From Octopus sinensis (lineage: Eukaryota), in contig NC_043023.1 of the NCBI RefSeq assembly GCF_006345805.1, positions 1,922,001 through 1,986,000 of the forward strand: DNA of 64,000 bases. The letters are read 5' to 3'. Both the position numbers and the translations under genes were made by a program. The notes under the pieces are model-generated. The model did not search any database. It had not been told where the DNA came from and saw only the letters and a program-made list of their open reading frames with translations. Shown in pieces: positions 62,911 to 64,000 of the stretch (position 1 is the stretch's first letter; each line of letters starts with the position of its first letter).

Positions 62911-64000
62911 CAGCACCACCACCGCCTCCACTACCAACACCATTATTGCTACTACTACTACTATTACTACTACCAGCAACACCACCGCCTCCACTACCAA
63001 CACCATTATTGCTATAACTACTACTACTACTACCAGCACCACCACCGCCACCACTACCAACACCATTATTGCTATAACTACTACTACCACCACCATCACT
63101 ACTACCACCTCCACTACCACTATAGCATTATTGCTATAACTACTACTACCATTACCACCACTACTACCACCTCCATTACTACTATAGCATTATTGCTATA
63201 ACTACTACTGCTACCACCACCACCACCACCAATACTGCCTCTACTACCAACAACACCTGTGGCTACTACTATCACCACTAACACTGCCTCCACTACTAAC
63301 ACCACCTCAACACTACTACCACTACTACCACCACCACCACTGCCAACACATTATTGCTATAACTACTACTACTGCTACTACTATCACCACCACCACCACC
63401 ACTAACATTGCCTTCACTACCAACACCACCTGTGGCTACTACTACCACCACCAACACTGCCTCCACTACCAACACCACCTACAGCTACTACTACCACTAC
63501 TACCACGACCACTACTACCACGACCACCACTGCCAACACATTATTACTATAACTACTACTATTGCCACCACCACCACTAACACTGCCTTCACTACCAATA
63601 TCACCTGTGGCTACTACAACCACTACTACCAACACCAACACTGCCTCCACTACCAACACCACCTACAGCTACTACTACCACTACTACCACGACCACTACT
63701 ACCACGACCACCACTGCCAACACATTATTACTATAACTACTACTATTGCCACCACCACCACTAACACTGCCTTCACTACCAATATCACCTGTGGCTACTA
63801 CAACCACTACTACCAACACCAACACTGCCTCCACTACCAACACCACCTACAGCTACTACTACCACTACTACCACCGCCAACACTGCCTCCACTACCAACA
63901 CCATTATTACTATAACTACTACTACTGCTACTACTACCATTACCACCACTACTACCACCTCCACTACCACTATAGCATTATTGCTATAACTACTACTTCT
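62730..64000. repeat. (ACT/ACC)n minisatellite with ~60-bp and ~180-bp higher-order units
   Basis: Recurrent CCTCCACTACCAACACCATTATTGCTATAACTACT; longer duplication near 63472-63840. Confidence 0.9.

Noticed and set aside
62603-64000. Thr-rich mucin-like ORF with TTNTIIAITTT repeats
   Set aside because: The frame breaks repeatedly across the (ACT/ACC)n array, so it is treated as a minisatellite unless transcript data show otherwise.

Overview
AT-rich, repeat-saturated eukaryotic DNA. The SINE families and the (TA)n/(GATA)n/(CT)n/(ATT)n load closely match what I recall of Octopus genomes, but the taxon is an inference. No host protein-coding gene can be called with confidence, and nearly all ORFs in the track are microsatellite read-throughs. 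The window is mostly decayed mobile elements: piggyBac, mariner and hAT DNA transposons, TTAA MITEs, a Helentron-type element, Gypsy gag with tandem LTRs, RTE and Tx1 LINE pieces, Penelope-like (PLE) RT/GIY-YIG remnants and at least four SINE families, plus two satellite-like arrays. The most notable signal is a set of type-I hammerhead ribozyme (HHR) folds, several within or next to PLE-like sequence and often paired in long inverted repeats. Some have canonical cores (CUGAUGA/GAAA). Two variant classes recur: CUGUYGA (A6U) in three copies from two unrelated sequence contexts, and GUGANCA (apparent C3G/G8C swap) in six copies of one foldback family. A strong RFX X-box beside an ATG-GAG/GTGAGG motif near 62.4-62.5 kb may mark the 5' end of a host gene.
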